Positions 17,887-32,467 of a stretch of 64,000 nucleotides of DNA are shown piece after piece (the stretch's first letter is position 1; every line of letters begins with the position of its first letter). The stretch comes from Chrysomallon squamiferum (Eukaryota > Animalia > Mollusca). A model generated the notes under the pieces. That model did no database searches and was not told the origin of the DNA. It saw only the letters and a program-made list of their open reading frames with translations. A program made the translations under genes and the position numbers. The DNA lies in contig CM022677.1 in the NCBI GenBank assembly GCA_012295275.1, positions 18,538,001-18,602,000 of the forward strand, in the 5' to 3' direction.

Positions 17887-19034
17887 GTATTATTTCTATT
17901 ATTAATTTTTTATTTGTTTTGTATGTTTTTATTTTGATAATTTATATAATTGTTGTTTGTTTTTTTTTCTCTTTTTTTTTCTTCTGTTACTTATTTTTAT
18001 ATTTGCTGTCTGGGACTATACATTTCTGTGTATTTCTTTCTCTATTCACAAATGTAAAGAGGATGAACCAGGAAGTTATGTGTGCGGCAGTTCGTGACGG
18101 GATATAAGGTAAATCTCCATTGTTACTGTTTCAGTTTGTAATACTCAGTACTCGGTTTTATCTCCTCTTTCAAAAACGACAAGAACATAACACTGATATA
18201 TTATTAATAGTATTTGTAGTAGTAGTATAGTAGTTGCTGTAGTAGCTGTAGCAGTAGTAGTAGTAGTAGCAATTGTTGTTGTTGATGTCGTTGTAGCAGT
18301 AGCAGAAATGTTATTATTATTAGTAGTAGTAGTAGTAGGAGTTGTAGTAGCAGCAGAGCAGCAGTAGTAGTGGTAGTTTACAAGAAATAGTAGCAGTAAC
18401 ACCTGTAGAAATATTAGTAGTAGGAGTAGTAGTTGTAGTAGTAGTAGTAGAAATATTATTATTATTGGTAGTAGTAGTAATAGTAGTAGCAGTAGTAGTA
18501 GTAGTAGGTATAGTAGTAGTAGTAGTAGTAGTAGTAGTGATAGTACTAGTAGTTCTAATACTATTAGATGTAGTAGTAGCAATGGTAGTAGTGGTAGTAA
18601 CAGTAGTAATAGCAGAAGTACTATTATCAGTAAGAATTGGTAGTAATAATGGTGATAATAGTAGTAGAACTAATAGCAGTAATAGTTGCAGCTTCAGTAG
18701 CAGTAGTACAAGTAACGTAGTCGTAGTGTTGGTATAGTATATTTGTAGTGTAGTAGTAGTAGCTGTTGCAGTGGTAACCGCAGTAGTAGTAAGACGCTTT
18801 TATTGTTGGATTCCGGTGTACGGGCGAATGGGTGACATACGTTCGAGTCTCGTCAGCGGCATCTGACGGGTTTGTGAGGTCGTGATTGGACTAAGAGTCT
18901 AATCAGACGTACATAAGACAGAGAATATTCAAAATCGTAAAAGAATACATACACATACAATATAGTCACAAAAATATATACATTCATACATACATACATA
19001 CATACATACCTACCTATATATATACATTTACAGA

Positions 19035-19082
<48 letters not shown>

Positions 19083-19123
19083 TACACACACACACACACA
19101 GAAAACAACAACATGAAGAACAA

Positions 19124-19154
<31 letters not shown>

Positions 19155-19292
19155 TAAGGACTGAAGAACAAGGGAGACAAATCCGTCAGGCTTGTCTAAT
19201 CAAACAGTCAGTTATTTAGAAAAAAGTAAAGGCTGTTGTAGCTGTTATTATTATTGTTGTTGTTATTTTTATTTTTATTATTTTTAATATTA

Positions 19293-19345
<53 letters not shown>

Positions 19346-19364
19346 TTTGTTGTTGTTGTTGTTG

Positions 19365-19414
<50 letters not shown>

Positions 19415-20584
19415 GTATTATTTCTATTATTAATTTTTCTTTGTTTTGTATGTTTTTATTTTGATAATTTATATAATTGTTGTTTGTTTTTTTTTTCTCT
19501 TTTTTTTTCTTCTGTTACTTATTTTATATTTGCTGTCTGGGACTATACATTTCTGTGTATTTCTTTCTCTATTCACAAACGTAAAGAGGATGAACCAGGA
19601 AGTTATGTGTGCGGCAGTTCGTGACGGGATGTAAGGTAAATCTCCATTGTTACTGTTTCAGTTTGTAATACTCAGTACTCTGTTTTATCTCCTCTTTCAA
19701 AAAGGACAAGAACATAACACTGATATATTATTAATAGTAGTTGTAGTAGTAGTAGTAGTAGTTGCTGTAGTAGCTGTAGCAGTAGTAGTAGTAGTAGCAA
19801 TTGTTGTTGTTGATGTCGTTGTACCAGTAGTAGAAATGTTATTATTATTAGTAGTAGTAGTAGTAGTAGGAGTTGTAGTAGAGCAGAGCAGCAGTAGTAG
19901 TGGTAGTTTACAAGAAATAGTAGCAGTAACAGCTGTAGAAATACTAGTAGTAGGAGTAGTAGTTGTAGTAGTAGTAGTAGAACTATTATTATTATTGGTA
20001 GTAGTAGTAATAGTAGTAGCAGTAGTAGTAGTAGTAGGTATAGTAGTAGTAGTAGTAGTAGTAGTAATAGTACTAGTAGTTCTAATACTATTAGATATAG
20101 TAGTAGCAATGGTAGTAGTGGTAGTAACAGTAGAAATAGCAGAAGTAAGGTGATAATAGTAGTAGAACTAATAGCAGTAATAGTTGCAGCTTCAGTAGCA
20201 GTAGTACAAGTAACGTAGTCGTAGTGTTGGTACAGTATATTTGTAGTGTAGTAGTAGTAGCTGTTGCAGTGGTAACCGCAGTAGTAGTAAGACGCTTTCA
20301 TTGTCGGGCTTCGGAGTGCGGGCGAATGGGTGACATACGTTCAAGTCTCGTCAGCGGCATCTGACGGGTTTGTGAGGTCGTGATTGGACTTTGTCCTCCT
20401 GCACCAGTGCGTTCCCGAATATTGTCTATGTGCAGAGTCTAATCAGACGTACATAAGACAGAAAATATTCAAATCCTAAAAGACACACAGACACATACAA
20501 TATACTCACAAAAATACATACATCCATACATACATACATACATAGATATATACATACATACATACATACATACATACATACATA

Positions 20585-20652
<68 letters not shown>

Positions 20653-20665
20653 CATTTACAGAGAC

Positions 20666-20714
<49 letters not shown>

Positions 20715-20800
20715 GAAAACAACAACATGAAAAAAAATAATAATAATAATAATAATAATGTAAGAACTGAAGAACAAGGGAGACAAATCCGTCAGGCTTG
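16250..20800. repeat. Three tandem copies of a ~1.5-1.7 kb unit (unique ~200 bp block + (TAG)n + truncated SINE + (ATT)n)
   Basis: Marker gaaccaggaagttatgtgtgcggc at ~16372, ~18065 and ~19592. Confidence 0.88.
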
Positions 20801-21021
20801 TCTAATCAAACAGTCAGTTATTTAGAAAAAAAGAAAAGCCTGTTGTTACTGTTGTTGTCGTCGTCATCGTCTTTGAATTGTTTGCTGCTCCTCTTGTTAT
20901 TAACAATTTTACTGTTGTTGTATTGCTGTCGTCTTCGCTGTCATCATCATCACCATCACCAGCATTGTTTTTGCTGCTTTTCTTATTGTCATCGTTCTTG
21001 TTGTCTTTGCTGCTGTTGTTC

Positions 21022-21062
<41 letters not shown>

Positions 21063-21128
21063 TTATTTTTATTATTATTATTATTATTTTTATTATTATT
21101 ATTATTATTATTGTTATTATTATTTTAA

Positions 21129-21177
<49 letters not shown>

Positions 21178-21624
21178 GTTACTATTATTATTATTATTTT
21201 TGTTGTTGTTGTTGTTGTGGTTGTTGTTATTATTATTACTATCATCAATACAATAATTATGTGTGACAGTGTATGTGTATGTATTTGTGTGTTTGTACAA
21301 GAGTAAGACAGAGAGAGAGATAAAGAGAGAGAGGGAGAGAGATAGAAACAGACTAGATTTTCGTTAAGAAGGCGATGAATAAATCTCGTCAGTTTGCGCG
21401 AATAAACAAACAAAAGAGAAGATTAAACTCTGACATATATTTACGAGTCTCTGTAAACGAATCACTTGAAGACAACAGCATTTACTTCAATTGAAACAAG
21501 ATATCGCAGGATGGTTAGGGGACAGTGATATCATGAAAAATCTTTTTATCAGTTGAATCTATCTAACCTTGGTAGGCTTAATCTGGAAATCTATTCTCAT
21601 ATAAATATCATGGGAAAAGAGCGG

Positions 21625-21788
<164 letters not shown>

Positions 21789-22471
21789 GTAATTACATCG
21801 TTATGTAATTTGACTGACTTTCTGTCTGTCTGTCTGTATATCTATCTATATCTTTCAGATCCTTTGTGTCTAATATGTACACTCGGCACACACACAGACA
21901 CAGACACAAACACACATGTGTATGTGTATTTATTTACTTACTTATTTACTTACTTATATACTGATTAGGTTATTTATTTATTTATTTAATATATTTCTTA
22001 TTTATTTGCATTTTTATTTATTTATTATTATTACTATTACTGTTATTATTATTATCATTATTATAACTATTATTGTTTATTTTTTTATTATTTATTTACC
22101 TACTTATTTAAGTATTTATTTATTTATTTATTTTTGTATAAAATGCTCTTAATTTTTCCACTTCCAGACGTTTAACAGTTATGAATTAAGTGTATCATTT
22201 AACTAAGAAGTTACAGACAGGCAGAAATATCAAATAGTATTTAAAATAAAACCTGCCAGTGCACGTGAGGTCAAAAAAATCGTGCACGTGAGGTCAAAAA
22301 AATCGTGTTCAGATTTGTAGCAGAAAGATGGTTACTGCAGTGAAAACTGTCGTTTTAAAGATAATCATCTACGTATATATTTCTGCTTTTTTTTTTTTTC
22401 CATTTTGTGTGTATAATTTTGTTGGTCGTCATTGAATATTTGTCGATTATATACAGAGGGAATACCGAGGA

Positions 22472-22762
<291 letters not shown>

Positions 22763-22788
22763 AATTAAAGATAATCCAGATGACGCAC

Positions 22789-22868
22789 TTAATCAGAAAT
22801 TTCTTCATCTTCTTCAATAATCACGTCTTCTCGATAACGCTGTTTCACTTTGATGCATGCCACGAATT
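22789..22868 (-). pseudogene. Orphan duplicate of the EF-hand gene last exon
   Basis: 80-nt exon EFVACIKVKQRYREDVIIEEDEEISD* with intact acceptor. Homology stops at ~23270, so no copy of the 601-657 exon; the 3'UTR is deleted at the (GA)n tract. Confidence 0.8.
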
Positions 22869-23567
22869 CTGAAATTATAAATAACTGAATGAGTAGACGA
22901 AACATTTAGTAAATCAACACTTGAAAGAAAAAAAATCCCCCCAAAAAAGAAAAGGCAAAGGTTGTAATGTACAAATGATAAATGAAGTTCTGTAATGGAA
23001 AAGATGAATAATGAATGTCTAAAAATGTAATATAATGACTGATTTAATATACTATGAATAACTTAGTGAATGAATGAATAAATGAATGAATAAACGAACG
23101 AATGAATCGTTAAATAGAGTTACTAAATAGATAAAAAGAAAACTGGAAAGAAAGTTCAGTAAGACAGATGGACAGATAAACAGACACCAAGACAGAAAAA
23201 TAGATGTATATGTATTATGTATATGTATGTAATGTATGTGTGTATTGTATGTATTGTATGTATTTACATATGTATAAATGAATGCTGTAGTAAAAGGCCA
23301 CTTACATTTAGGGTCGCACTGCTTTAAGGAACATGAAATCATTGCATCAGATACCTTTTTGAAATCGGGAAAAGCAAATGTGCGGCTTCTAGTAGTGTCC
23401 TTGATCTAGTCTTCTGATCTCTTATATAAAAATTGTACTTTTCTGCCTTATCATCATCATCATTATCTTCATCTTCAATCTTAATTTATTTTTATTTCTT
23501 CTCTTTTTTTACACACACACACACACACACACATATTGTATATATAAATACATACATACATTTATAC

Positions 23568-23628
<61 letters not shown>

Positions 23629-23699
23629 CATACATATGTAAATACATACAATACATACAATACACACATACATTTCATACATATACATAATACATATAT

Positions 23700-24808
23700 A
23701 TCTGATCCGAATCACTGGGTGCATACAATGACTTTGCACAATTATTTGGCAATGACTTTGGCAATGACATCAAGTTTATTCTCATAGACTACAGGATTAC
23801 ACTACAGAGAAGAATGTATTACAGATAATAACAAAACTGAAAACAACTGGTTGGATAGACGATATCGTGTGTAAATATTTCACATAGGGAAGAAAAATGA
23901 TATATATTTATATATAATTGGGAGGGAGAGAGAGAGAAAGAGAGAGAGAGACACATACATATATACATACATACACACATACATACATACATACATACAT
24001 GACTGTATGTCATTAGGTGTGCCCACCCATTGAAATAAATATATTAATTGTTAACTTTATTTACTGGTTATAATAAAATGTTCACTCTGTAATTGCCTTC
24101 AGCTGTTTCTTTAGAAAAATAATTAAATAATAAACAGATTATACATAACAAGAAAATTAAAATAAAATATTCGGTCTAATCACAACTGTTTCTAACTAGC
24201 CCGACTGGTCGTGTTAATAATGTATGAACTGTGAATTGATTAGCTATCAGTGATCCTATAAACTTTAATATATTCTATTTTTATTCATCACAGCGGAAAT
24301 CCCAGGTTCTATAATTAGACGTGTTGAGCGCAGTGGGCAGTGAATAACTAAACAATCCCGACTTCGTCCTAACTGCTGAGTAATATCGAAATATTTCTGG
24401 AGGCGGGATTCGTTACAACTCGGTAGATTCCGTACCTCGTTGTACATTCGGAACATTTCGTACATTTCTTTGAAATATAAGCGTAGCGGAATGTGACGAG
24501 GTGTTCCGACTGAACGGAATCGACCGAGATATGCTCAATATAGAGTGTGCGTGTGTTAAATGTAGTACGCATACTTAAAAACATTAACGTCGAAATATAT
24601 ATATGTATATGTCATATTTCTTTAGATTCTGAATTACGTGTTGATGGGGAGAATGACCGCTCAGCTTATCTATACAAAATTGACTGGGTGAGGTCAGGTG
24701 AGGTCAAAGTTAATTAAAAACTAAACAGTAATGAGTTGTTAAAGTATTAAATATTATTGTTAAAGAACAGATTTGTTCATTATTTACCATATTAGCTATT
24801 TGTTATAA

Positions 24809-24857
<49 letters not shown>

Positions 24858-24920
24858 TTAGATTGCCCAGCTTTAATGTGGATATGCAGTTGTATATGAC
24901 AGAGCGATAGAGAAAGAGGG

Positions 24921-24974
<54 letters not shown>

Positions 24975-24990
24975 TATTATTATTATTAAT
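23700..24990 (+). pseudogene. TNF-ligand relic: upstream region + part of intron 2 + exon 3 (24626-24697) + intron 3; exons 1, 2 and 4 absent
   Basis: tttag|attctgaa...aggtcag|gtgagg encodes SELRVDGENDRSAYLYKIDWVRS. At ~24170 upstream-like sequence (cf. 32660) joins intron-2 sequence (cf. 34746). Confidence 0.85.
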
Positions 24991-26180
24991 TTTTCTTTGT
25001 TTTGTATGTTTTTATTTTGATAATTTATATAATTGTTGTTGTTTTTTTTTTTTCTTCTGTTTTTTTTTTTTTTTGCTCTCTCGGACTATACATTTCTGGG
25101 TATTTCTTTCTCTATTCACAAACGTAAAGGGGATGAACCAGGAAGTTATGTGTGCGGCGGTTCGTGACGGGATCTAAGGTAAATCTCCATTGTTACTGTT
25201 TCAGTTTGTAATACTCAGTACTCGGTTTTATCTCCTCTTTCAAAAACGACAATAACATAACACTGATATATTATTAACAGTAGTTGTAGTAGTAGTAGTA
25301 GTAGTAGTAGAAGTAGTAGTAGTAGTTGTTGTTGTTGTAGTAGCAGTAGCAGTAGTAAGAGTAGTAGCAATTGTTGTTGTTGATGTCGTTGTAGCAGTAG
25401 CAGAAATGTTATTATTATTAGTAGTAGTAGTAGTTGTAGTATACAAGAAATAGTAGCAGTAACAACTGTAGAAATACTAGTAGTAGGAGTAGTAGTTGTA
25501 GTAGTAGGAGTAGTAGTTGTAGTAGTAGTATTAGTAGTAGTAGAAATATTACTATTATTGGTATTAGTAGTAATTGTAGTAGTAGTAGTATTAGTAGTAG
25601 TAGAAATATTATTATTATTGGTAGTAGTAGTAACAGTAGTAGTAGTAGTAGTAGTAGTAGTAATAGTACTAGTAGTTCTAATACTATTACATGTAGTAGT
25701 AGCAATGGTAGTAGTGGTAGTAACAGTAGAAATAGCAGAAGTAATAGTATCAGTAAGAATTAGCAGTAGTAATGGTGATAGTAGTAGTAGAACTAATAGC
25801 AGTAATAGTTGCAGCTTCAGTAGCAGTAGTAGTAGTAATGTAGTCCTAGTGTTGGTACAGTATATTGGTAGTGTAGTAGTAGTAGCTGTTGCTGTGTCAA
25901 CCGCAGTAGTAGTAAGACGCTTTCATTGTTGGATTCCAGTGTACGGGCGAATGGGTGTCATACGTTCGAGTCTCGTCAGCGGCATCTGACGGGTTTGTGA
26001 GGTCGTGATTGGACTTTGTCCTCCTGCGCCAGTGCGTTTCCGAATATTGTCTGTGTGCAGAGTCTAATCAGAAGACAGAGAATATTCAAAATCATAAAAG
26101 AACACATACACCTACAATATACTCACAAAAATACATACATTCATAATACATACATACATATATACATACATACATACATA

Positions 26181-26226
<46 letters not shown>

Positions 26227-26301
26227 TACACAGAAAACAACAACATGAAAAAAAAATAACAATAATAAAAATAATAATGATAATAATAATAATAGTAATA
26301 A

Positions 26302-26332
<31 letters not shown>

Positions 26333-26613
26333 AAGGTAAGGACTGAAGAACAAGGGAGACAAATCCGTCAGGCTAGTCTAATCAAACAGTTATTTAGAAA
26401 AAAAGTAAAGGCTGTTGTTACTGTTGTTGTCGTCGTCATCGTCTTTGAATTGTTTGCTGCTCCTCTTGTTATTAACAGTTTTACTGTTGTTGTATTGCTG
26501 TCGTCTTCGCTGTCATCATCATCACCATCACCAGCATTGGTTTTGCTGCTTTTGTTATTGTCATTGTTGTTGTTGTCTTTGTTGCTGTTGTATTATTATT
26601 ATTATTATTATTA

Positions 26614-26667
<54 letters not shown>

Positions 26668-26696
26668 GATTATTATTTTTATTATTATTATTTTTA

Positions 26697-26740
<44 letters not shown>

Positions 26741-27175
26741 GTTACTATTATTATTATTATTATTACTATTATTATTGTATTATTACTATTATTATTATTA
26801 TTAATTTTTCTTTGTTTTGTATGTTTTTATTTTAATAATTTATGTAATTATTGTTTGTTTTTCTTCTCTTTTTTTTTCTTCTGTTACTTATTTTTTTCTT
26901 GCTCTCTCGGACTATACATTTCTGTGTATTTCTTTCTCTATTCACAAAGGGGACGAACCAGGAAGTTATGTGTGCGGCAGTTCGTGACGGGATATAAGGT
27001 AAATCTCCATTGTTACTGTTTCAGTTTGTAATACTCAGTACTCGGTTTTATCTCCTCTTTCAAAAACGACAATAACATAACACTGATATATTATTAACAG
27101 TAGTTGTAGTAGTAGTATAGTAGTTGCTGTATAGCTGTAGCAGTAGTAGTACTAGTAGCAATTGTTGTTGTTGAT
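24990..27175. repeat. Additional ~1.2 copies of the 1.6 kb unit, including SINE 25930-26100
   Basis: Marker gaaccaggaagttatg at ~25135 and ~26955. Confidence 0.85.
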
Positions 27176-27750
27176 GGCGCAACGAACAACACAACATCCG
27201 CCCAGCATCTAGCGTCTCACTTGTTTACTTCACGTGGTTACCTCGCCGCGGAAGCATCTTTGTTGTGTTGTGTTCGCCTTTTGTGCAGTATTTTGCCAAA
27301 TTCCCATTTTTCTAACCATAGATCCTGAGAAAGTCAGTACAAAGGACAGTGCTGAGAAGAATAAGCGGATGATGTCCATTGAATTAAAGCATGAAATCAC
27401 GAGGGAGGTGTGCGTGTTGTCAACATGGCTAGGCAGTACGGGCGTAGTATGTTTACGATATGTACCATACTGAAGCAGAAGGAGTTGATAAAGGCTGTAA
27501 CTCCAGCCAAACGTGTTGAAATAATCTGTAAGCTGCGGACCTCTGTCCATGAAAAGATGGAGAAACCCTAACCCTGTGCACTATACAAAACCAATTTATT
27601 TCTTTACATTTTATTTGATTTTATTTTCATACAATATTTGTCATTTATACAAACATTTTTTTTCTTTAAATACACGTTACAAAAAACTTGGGATGGTTTT
27701 TTTTTTGGGGGGTGGAACGGATTAATGGTATTTCAGTTAATTTTAGGACA
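27175..27750 (+). mobile_element. Tigger/pogo (Tc1-mariner superfamily) DNA transposon remnant, internally deleted
   Basis: From 27318: (I)DPEKVSTKDSAEKNKRMMSIELKHEI /frameshift/ GVRVVNMARQYGRSMFTICTILKQKELIKA, a CENP-B/psq HTH N-terminus of TIGD1-like transposases. Start codon mutated to ATA. Confidence 0.8.
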
Positions 27751-27939
27751 TCTATTTGACAGCGATATGTATGGTATTCATTTAGTATTAAATTATGTTA
27801 GTTTTATTTAAAAGTGTTCAATAAACTGAGGTTACGATATGCACTGATAATATCAGATATCAAACCTTTCACATTTGAACCACAGCAATTCTCAGTAATC
27901 TATTTTTAGCTCGGTGGGTAAACCCCAACTGATTTCTGC

Positions 27940-29100
<1,161 letters not shown>

Positions 29101-29112
29101 GTGTCTGTATAC

Positions 29113-29153
<41 letters not shown>

Positions 29154-29639
29154 TGTGTATGTGTGTGTGTGCAGAGAGAGAGAGACATATATACACACAC
29201 ATAAGAGACAGGGGAGAAATATATTTATAACTTTTCAAACTTTTAAGCGGTCCTGTGGAATCTCTGTCAAATGTTTTGTGTACTTTTTACAAAATAAACT
29301 TTTAATCGAAATCTTCGGGTACCAGTCACAGAGACTTTGTCCAAGTTGTTGCACTGCTTTTAAATTTGGACAATTCCGCTGTAAATATCAGCTGACAGTT
29401 TTCTACTGTAATTCTACCATCTAGTTGGAAATATGTACAAGTTAGTTGTCAAAGTTTAAAGTCTCCTACAAAGTTATTCATATCGCACATAACAATCTGT
29501 CTGGCTCGCTTCTCTGTTTGTAAATAGACTAGTTTCAGTCCAGTTTGTCAAAAAACGTTGCTCTTCTCTCGAAAGTGTAATACCTCTATCAGTAATTACA
29601 GACAGTACTGAGACTGCTATGCCCTGTCACCGTATTTTA

Positions 29640-29880
29640 TATTACAGAAAAATAATTCGATGAGTTTTATGAGGAAAATTTTATATGAATTGGAAATGGG
29701 ATATATATGGATAGAGCAGAACCAAATTAATGAAAATATAAAAAATTATTTCTGCATAATTAAGCAAATAATATATGACCAAGCAAGGCAGAATATTTCA
29801 ATACATCTAAATACATCTGTGAAATGTGACAATTTATATAAATACATTACAGATGGTGTAACATTTGAGTTTCATTTAGC
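29640..29880 (+). mobile_element. LINE (CR1/L2-like) ORF2 C-terminal fragment
   Basis: RKILYELEMGYIWIEQ...IIKQIIYDQARQ...SVKC..LYKY resembles the post-RT region of non-LTR elements; homologous to 62085-62470. Confidence 0.65.
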
Positions 29881-30281
29881 TACATCGTGCTGTCAAGGAC
29901 TGATCCCTACAATGAACACAACATATTAAACCCTTTGAACTATACAGCATTGTGACTGCAGTGATTTTCATTCAAAAATAATTGGCAAAGCGCTGTATCT
30001 AATCAGATTCAAGACTGTATAAGATGGCATCGTGTTTAATCATTTCGTTAGTCGGAATACATCTTAAAAGAAACATCAAACAAATATTCCCCAGTTCGGA
30101 GTTTGTATCTGTTCGTATCTAAACACAAGTATTAATAACGTAACACAATTACAGTAATATATTTTAGTGACATTGAGTGAAGACTTTTCATAATTTCTGT
30201 AAATGATATTAAAGCTTAGTATGTACAATTTGAATTGAAAATGATGAGATGTTATCGGTAAAACAAAGGAATTCGCGAACG

Positions 30282-30548
30282 TCATCTGGGTTTAGCGAAC
30301 TCTCTACCATCAGCTAACCAGGCAATCCAAAAGCTGAACGATCCATCCTTTATAATCACGTGATCGCAATTAATCCTCACTGATACATCAACACCAGCGT
30401 CCCCCTTATCTACGACAATGACGTCACGTTTATTCAGTCGATCTCGACACCATTTTACGTCATCTGTAACAATGCGAAACGTAACTTTACCGATTCGTGA
30501 CGTCATATATTTCATGGCTTTGCTGAGATAATATAAGTGGTCTTTGTC
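30282..30548 (-). pseudogene. Alpha-1,2-fucosyltransferase (GT11, FUT1/FUT2-like) C-terminal fragment
   Basis: YYLSKAMKYM...VTFRIVTDDVKWCRDRL...D...CDHVIIKDGSFSFWIAWLADG matches GT11 motifs II/III (F.v.SDd..WC.e; D...l..C.H.I.t.GtF..WaayL.gG). Bounded by stops; motif I (HVRRGDY) not found; tail appears deleted. Confidence 0.78.
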
Positions 30549-32376
30549 CTACTTCACTTTATTCATTATTCTCAGGGACAGAGAGATACAGAGAGAGAAA
30601 GAAACAGAGATAAAGACAGAGACAGAATGGGACAAAGAGAGAGAGAAAGATAGAGAATGGGAGAGAGAGACAGAGAGACAGACAAACAGAGATAGACAGA
30701 CACAGTGACAGAGACAGAACGCGAAAAAGAGAGACAGATAGAGACAAGAAGAGAAACGGAGAGAGACGGAGACAGCAGAGAGAGAAAGAATGGGAAATAG
30801 AGAGAGAGACAGATACATACAGAAAGATAATCAGAGAGACAGACACAGAGACAGAGAAGTAATGGGTCAAAGAAAGACAGAGAAATGGGAGAGACAGAGA
30901 CAGAGTTTGTCCTCCTTGGAGACGCTAGAATTACCATGTTGTAAATGTTAACATGGCTATATCAGGAATTAACTAATAATATTAAACCCCTTTAGTTTGA
31001 AACCTCGTCTTGTTTCTTTATTGTTTAGACATCTGATTTTATGTAGTAACTAGTGGGTTACGTAGGTCTATATATATATTTGTATGTATGTATGTATGTG
31101 TGTATGCATGTATGTATGCATGTTTGTATGCATCTGATTATGTATGTATGTATGTATGTATGAATGTGTGTATGTATGTATGTATTGAAGTATTATAGCC
31201 ATTGTTTTGGAGATAGGTTGTTAGTCTGAGATCAGACTGAAAAATTAATCTCTAGATATTATGTATAAAACAGTGGTAGATAATAGCGGGGTATCTGAGG
31301 TGAACACTATGAGTGATTGCAAGCAGAGGTAACACAGTAGTGACGCTATCAACTGTCTGTCACGTCAACGTCATGCTAATCAGTACATTATTTCACATAA
31401 TTGCATATTCAAATACTTACTGAGATGTGCTATTTTACCTTCAGTGATAAACATATTTAATGTCCCCCGTATGTTCACTTATGTAGTGAGGGGAAGTTTG
31501 TGGCATAAAACTGTTTGTAAATAACTACTATTAGATCACATGATAGTGGACTGGTAGCATTACTGATGTTTAGAGATTCTTAATTCCTTGTCATATGACA
31601 ACAACATTGTACTGGTTTAGTATTAAATTATGTTAGTTTTATTTAAAGGTGTTTAATAAGCTTCGTCACGGAACGTATTAAACTCAGGAGTCAAATTACC
31701 AGTGTGCGTGTGTTTGTATGTGTGTATGTGTGTGTGCGTGTATCTTTGTTACTAGTCCGGTCAGTTGAGTGTCACCAGTACAGACATACACGCAAACACA
31801 CACACACAGACATACACACACAATCACACACGGAAACACACATAGACACATGTATATATACACCTAAAAGAAACTTCGCTATGATTTGATAGAAAAACAG
31901 GATAAATAATTTTAAATAATTAGGTTTTGATATGTTCAAAAATCATTAGCAAGGATCACTCATTTTTGAAAATGTCATTACAGTGCCTAAAAATTACTGC
32001 GTAAATAAATTTTATTTACTCGTGATATAAATTTAAAACATACACACACGGAAACACACACATAAACACATATATATATATATACAGCTAAAAGAAACTT
32101 CGCTATGATTTGATATAAAAACAGTAAAAATAATTTTAAATAATTTGGTTTTCATATGTTCAAAAAGTATTAGAAAGGATCACTGATATAAATTTTAAAT
32201 TACGATTAAACATTATACGATAAGTATTATCTTCTACTGGTTCTTTTCAAAACTTAATTTCTGAAGTCTGTAACTTATTATATAAATATATTTAGTTTCT
32301 AGTCTATTACACTAATGGCAGTTCTAAAAATAAGTGTTACATCTTTAAAGAGAGAGAGGGATAATTGGGAGATATA

Positions 32377-32467
<91 letters not shown>

